Source: an uncultured Gemmatimonadales bacterium (GTDB lineage Bacteria > Gemmatimonadota > Gemmatimonadetes > Gemmatimonadales > GWC2-71-9). Taken from it: a stretch of DNA of 64,000 nt. The position numbers and the translations under genes were made by a program. The DNA is taken from positions 928,001 through 992,000 of the forward strand of contig CAVYSW010000003.1 in the NCBI GenBank assembly GCA_963771275.1, written 5' to 3'. The notes beneath the pieces were generated by a model. That model saw only the letters and a list, made by a program, of their open reading frames with translations. It was not told the DNA's origin and ran no database searches. Of this stretch, positions 60,720-64,000 are shown piece by piece (position 1 is the first letter of the stretch; each line of letters opens with the position of its first letter).

Positions 60720-60779
60720 CGTTTCCCGTTTCCCGTCTCCCTCCAGCGATCCTTCAATCCTCAATCTGCCTTCTGCATT
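60720..60779. repeat. Two short heptamer arrays
   Basis: CGTTTCC CGTTTCC CGTCTCC; CTTCAAT CCTCAAT CTGCCTT CTGCATT. Confidence 0.55.
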
Positions 60780-60850
60780 GAAACGGGTGCGCCCACGGCA
60801 CTGCGCATGACCGCGAACGCACCCTGAACGCGCGGGAAGATCTGGGAGCC

Positions 60851-61246
60851 TTAGATCTTCGCCGTCGCGACCCCGCGGACGATGTCGCTCTGGGAGATCA
60901 CTCCCACGAGCGCGCCCTTGTCCTCGACGAACAACCGGTGGACCTCCAGGTACAGCATCTGCTGGGCCGCTTCCTTGACATCCGTTTCCAGCCCGACCGT
61001 GGCCGGTCGCGGCGTCATCAGATCGCGCACCACCGCCCCGTCGAACAGATCCTCGCGCGACCTCGCCCCCTCGGCCGCGGCCTGCAGCACGTCCGTCGTG
61101 GACAGCACGCCGATCAGCCGATCGCGGCTGTCGACGACCGGGAGCGCGGAAATGTGCGACTCGATCATCACCGCCACGGCATCGGCGACCGTGACCTCCG
61201 GTTCCACCGACTTGAGGTCCGTGACCATCAATTCGGCAACCCGCAT
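60851..61246 (-). CDS. CBS domain protein
   Basis: MRVAELM, ISALPVVD, VRDLMT, VHRLFV, GVISQSDI; GGAG RBS. Confidence 0.9.
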   Translation of the reverse strand: MRVAELMVTDLKSVEPEVTVADAVAVMIESHISALPVVDSRDRLIGVLSTTDVLQAAAEGARSREDLFDGAVVRDLMTPRPATVGLETDVKEAAQQMLYLEVHRLFVEDKGALVGVISQSDIVRGVATAKI

Positions 61247-61346
61247 GGCTCCCTCCTCGAGCGGCGCCGCGCGGCGCGTCTCCGGCAGTCCTCAAGCCGA
61301 CGATACCGGCGACTCGATCAAGTTTGCGTGAAGCCCGGATGAACCA

Positions 61347-61583
61347 TTACTCCCGCGCGCGGTCCTCCTCGGTCGGCTCGAGATCCTCCTCGAAGACGCC
61401 GTGCGTGTAGGCGATCGCGCGCAGCGTCGGCTCGTCGAGCATGCGGAAGAACTCCGCCACTCCGGCCAGGCCGTCTGCGCCCCTGCTGGACGAGAACGTG
61501 CGGTCCAGCACCGCCACGATCCCCTGCACCATCTCTTCCTTGCCGGCGAACTCGGCCTCGGTCGGCTTCGGCACTCTCGTCAT
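61347..61583 (-). CDS. Small acidic hypothetical protein
   Basis: 78 aa ORF with GGAGG RBS, same strand as neighbours. Confidence 0.6.
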   Translation of the reverse strand: MTRVPKPTEAEFAGKEEMVQGIVAVLDRTFSSSRGADGLAGVAEFFRMLDEPTLRAIAYTHGVFEEDLEPTEEDRARE

Positions 61584-61638
61584 GCGTCCCTCCGGCTAGG
61601 CTCTCTGAGGCAATATTCCTGCGTGGAACGCCGCGCCG

Positions 61639-63075
61639 CTACCCCTTGAGCACCCCCACCGGCACCAGCCGCGCCACCCTGCGGGCCAGCCGGGCGCGGT
61701 GCACGACCTCCACCACCCGGTCCACGTCCTTGTAGGCGTGCGGCGCCTCCTCGGCCAGCTCCTGGTTGCCGGCACCGCAGACCACGATGCCCCGCCCCTC
61801 CAGCGCCCGGCGCACCTCCTGTCCCGACTGGGCGAGCTTGGCGGCGCGCCGACTCATCGCGCGCCCGGCACCGTGGCAACAGCTCCCGAATGAGCGCGTC
61901 AACGCGTCGTCCGTGCCGGCGAGGACGTACGACGCGGTGCCCATGCTCCCGGGAATGAGGACGGGCTGGCCCACGGCGCGGTACCGCGCCGGCGTTTCCG
62001 GGTGCGCCGGGCCGAATGCCCGCGTCGCGCCTTTGCGGTGCACCACGAGGCGCTGCGTCCCGTGTTGCTCGAGCTTCGCCATGTTGTGGGTCACGTCGTA
62101 CACCATCCGCAGCTGCACCCCCTCACCCAGCACCGCCCCGAATGTCTCGCGCACCCGGTGCGCGATCGCCTGTCGGTTGGCGAACGCGAAATTCGCGGCG
62201 GCGGACATCGCCGCGAAGTAGCGTTGCCCTTCCGGTGAGCCGAATGGCGCGCAGGCAAGCTCGCGATCCGGCAACGTGATGTCGTGGGCCCGCATCACGC
62301 CGTCCATCAGCCGGACGTAGTCGGTGCACACCTGATGCCCGAGCCCGCGCGAGCCCGAGTGAATCAGCACGGTGCACTCGCCCACCCTGAGGCCCATCGC
62401 AGCGGCCGCGGCGTCGTCGTACAGCTCGGTGACCTCCTGGACCTCGACGAAGTGGTTGCCCGAGCCGAGCGTGCCAAGCTGGTCGTGACCCCGCTGCTTG
62501 GCGCGTGGCGATACCGCGTCGGGATCGGCGTCGGGCATCCGACCCGAGGCTTCGGTGAGATCCAGGTCCTCAGGGGTCGCGAGCCCGCGCCGCACGAGCG
62601 CGCCGCTGCCGTTGGCGAGCACGTCGTCGAGCTCGTCCGGTGTGCACGCCACCCGCCCGCCACGTCCCGCACCCGCCGGCACGGCGCGGCTCAGCTCGTG
62701 CATCAGATCGGAAAGCCGCGGGCGCACGTCCGCGGACGCGAGCCCGGTCGTCAGCAGCCGCACCCCGCAGTTGATGTCGTAGCCCACGCCGCCTGGTGAG
62801 ATCACGCCGTCCGCCGCGCGAAACGCCGCGACACCACCCACGGGAAAGCCATACCCCTCGTGCGCATCGGGCATCGCGAGCACGGCCTCGACCACGCCGG
62901 GCAGCGTGGCCACGTTGAGCAGCTGCTGCAGCGTCCGGTCGCGCCGGATCTGGTCCCACAGTGCGTCATCCGCATACACGCGTGCGGCCACCCGCATGTC
63001 GCTCCGGGCGCTCGCCGGCACTTCCACCAGCGTGTGGTCGAGTCGCGTGAACGGGTAGCTCGGCCCGGCGCTCAT
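61639..63075 (-). CDS. rtcB: RNA ligase RtcB
   Basis: MPDAHEGYGFPVGG, VGYDINCG, GSGNHF, HSGSRG, HRKGAT, CHGAGR, EEAP.AYK. Confidence 0.96.
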   Translation of the reverse strand: MSAGPSYPFTRLDHTLVEVPASARSDMRVAARVYADDALWDQIRRDRTLQQLLNVATLPGVVEAVLAMPDAHEGYGFPVGGVAAFRAADGVISPGGVGYDINCGVRLLTTGLASADVRPRLSDLMHELSRAVPAGAGRGGRVACTPDELDDVLANGSGALVRRGLATPEDLDLTEASGRMPDADPDAVSPRAKQRGHDQLGTLGSGNHFVEVQEVTELYDDAAAAAMGLRVGECTVLIHSGSRGLGHQVCTDYVRLMDGVMRAHDITLPDRELACAPFGSPEGQRYFAAMSAAANFAFANRQAIAHRVRETFGAVLGEGVQLRMVYDVTHNMAKLEQHGTQRLVVHRKGATRAFGPAHPETPARYRAVGQPVLIPGSMGTASYVLAGTDDALTRSFGSCCHGAGRAMSRRAAKLAQSGQEVRRALEGRGIVVCGAGNQELAEEAPHAYKDVDRVVEVVHRARLARRVARLVPVGVLKG

Positions 63076-63500
63076 ACGTCGAGAATCACCTCCGCTTCCA
63101 CCATGCCGCGCACGGAGCGCACCGCGAGGCCGTGGAACGTCGCCCCCTTGATGCGACTGGGGTGCCCGGCGAGTCGTACGCCGGGGACGTGGATCGTCGC
63201 GTGCGTGGCGTCCGCCTCGACCACCGCGCCGTCACGGGCCGGCGCCCACCCGGCGGTCTCCGCCAGGAACAGGATCTCGTTCAGCAGATCCACCAGCAGC
63301 GCCTCGCGATCGGATGCCGCCAGCTCGAGCACGCGCGCGTCGGCCGCTCCGGCGCTCCCGGCCTCGTCCACCAGCAGCGCGCCAAGGGCCGTCACGGCCT
63401 CGCCCAGCAACGCCGCGAACGACGGCGCGCGGAGCCTGAGCCCCAGCTCGGCGGTGTGATCCACGAACTCGTGCGATGCCCGGGCGCGCTTCGTCATCAC
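63072..63500 (-). CDS. Archease
   Basis: EFVDHTAE, LVDLLNEILF, IKGATFH, VILDV; ATGA overlap with rtcB. Confidence 0.92.
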   Translation of the reverse strand: MMTKRARASHEFVDHTAELGLRLRAPSFAALLGEAVTALGALLVDEAGSAGAADARVLELAASDREALLVDLLNEILFLAETAGWAPARDGAVVEADATHATIHVPGVRLAGHPSRIKGATFHGLAVRSVRGMVEAEVILDV

Positions 63501-63758
63501 GGCACCCGCCGGGCTCGAGCCCGTCTCACCGGGCAGGCCACGCCGAGTAGCTGCCTTGGCACCATCCTACGTTCCCCGAACTGGGCAACCCACCGAATCC
63601 GGAATGAACCTGTCGGAACCAGCATTGTGCCCGCCGTCCCCGCACTTCATACTCTCGTTGGGCGGGGACCGGAAGGGGCATCGCCCCGCCAGACTGGATC
63701 GACCTGACGCCACGAGCCCGGCGCGGGCCCGATTCAGGGGCCGGCAAGGGAGCACATC

Positions 63759-64000
63759 ATGGATGAACGGCATTTCGCCGTCACGCTGTCCCGACGGCAC
63801 GACTATGAGTTTACGGTCGCCTTCGACGAGGGTGGCCCCACCGACCTGACGATCGACGAGCCGCCGCCGCTTGGGCTCGCGCACGGGCCCAGCGCCTCCC
63901 GGGTGCTCGGCGCCGCCGTGGGACATTGCCTCGGGTCGAGCCTGCTGTTCTGTCTCGGCAAGGCGCGGGTCGCCGTGGCCGATCTCGGCGTGCGGGTGGC
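63759..64000 (+). CDS. OsmC family protein, 5' part (cut by window edge)
   Basis: Translated by hand: MDERHFAVTL...DEPPPLG..GPSASRVLGAAVGHCL.SSLLFCL. Confidence 0.85.
   Translation, partial: MDERHFAVTLSRRHDYEFTVAFDEGGPTDLTIDEPPPLGLAHGPSASRVLGAAVGHCLGSSLLFCLGKARVAVADLGVRV

Noticed and set aside
63557..63575. Sigma54 promoter for rtcB (TGGCAC)
   Set aside because: Lacks the -12 TTGC and is on the wrong strand for the archease-rtcB operon

Overview
High-GC bacterial chromosomal window. The gene content (Hanks kinases paired with ECF sigma factors, 6-bladed propeller lipoproteins, DUF1800/DUF1501) suggests Gemmatimonadota, but this is inference. Core and metabolic genes include folA (partial), an operon of two ATP-grasp ligases plus GNAT plus lysine 2,3-aminomutase, EF-G2, NDH-2, prolyl oligopeptidase, topoisomerase IB, a beta-CASP hydrolase, tricorn protease, norCB, YchF, RtcB/archease and OsmC (partial). 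They are interspersed with accessory, decaying segments. 11.4-14.5 kb holds a MenT-like nucleotidyltransferase pair, an alphaCTD-repeat/sigma4 protein, a solitary type I-C-like CRISPR repeat and an orphan Phd antitoxin. 36.5-43 kb holds a broken integron integrase, attC halves, IS remnants and several gene fragments. 55.6-59 kb holds a RiPP-precursor-like peptide, an HsdR-Schlafen remnant and an AAA/DUF4143 ATPase. Two dispersed intergenic repeat families (9-nt-period palindromes and 7-nt tandem arrays) are visible. No rRNA, tRNA, cas genes or multi-repeat CRISPR array were seen. All calls come from motif recognition by eye; no database search was run.
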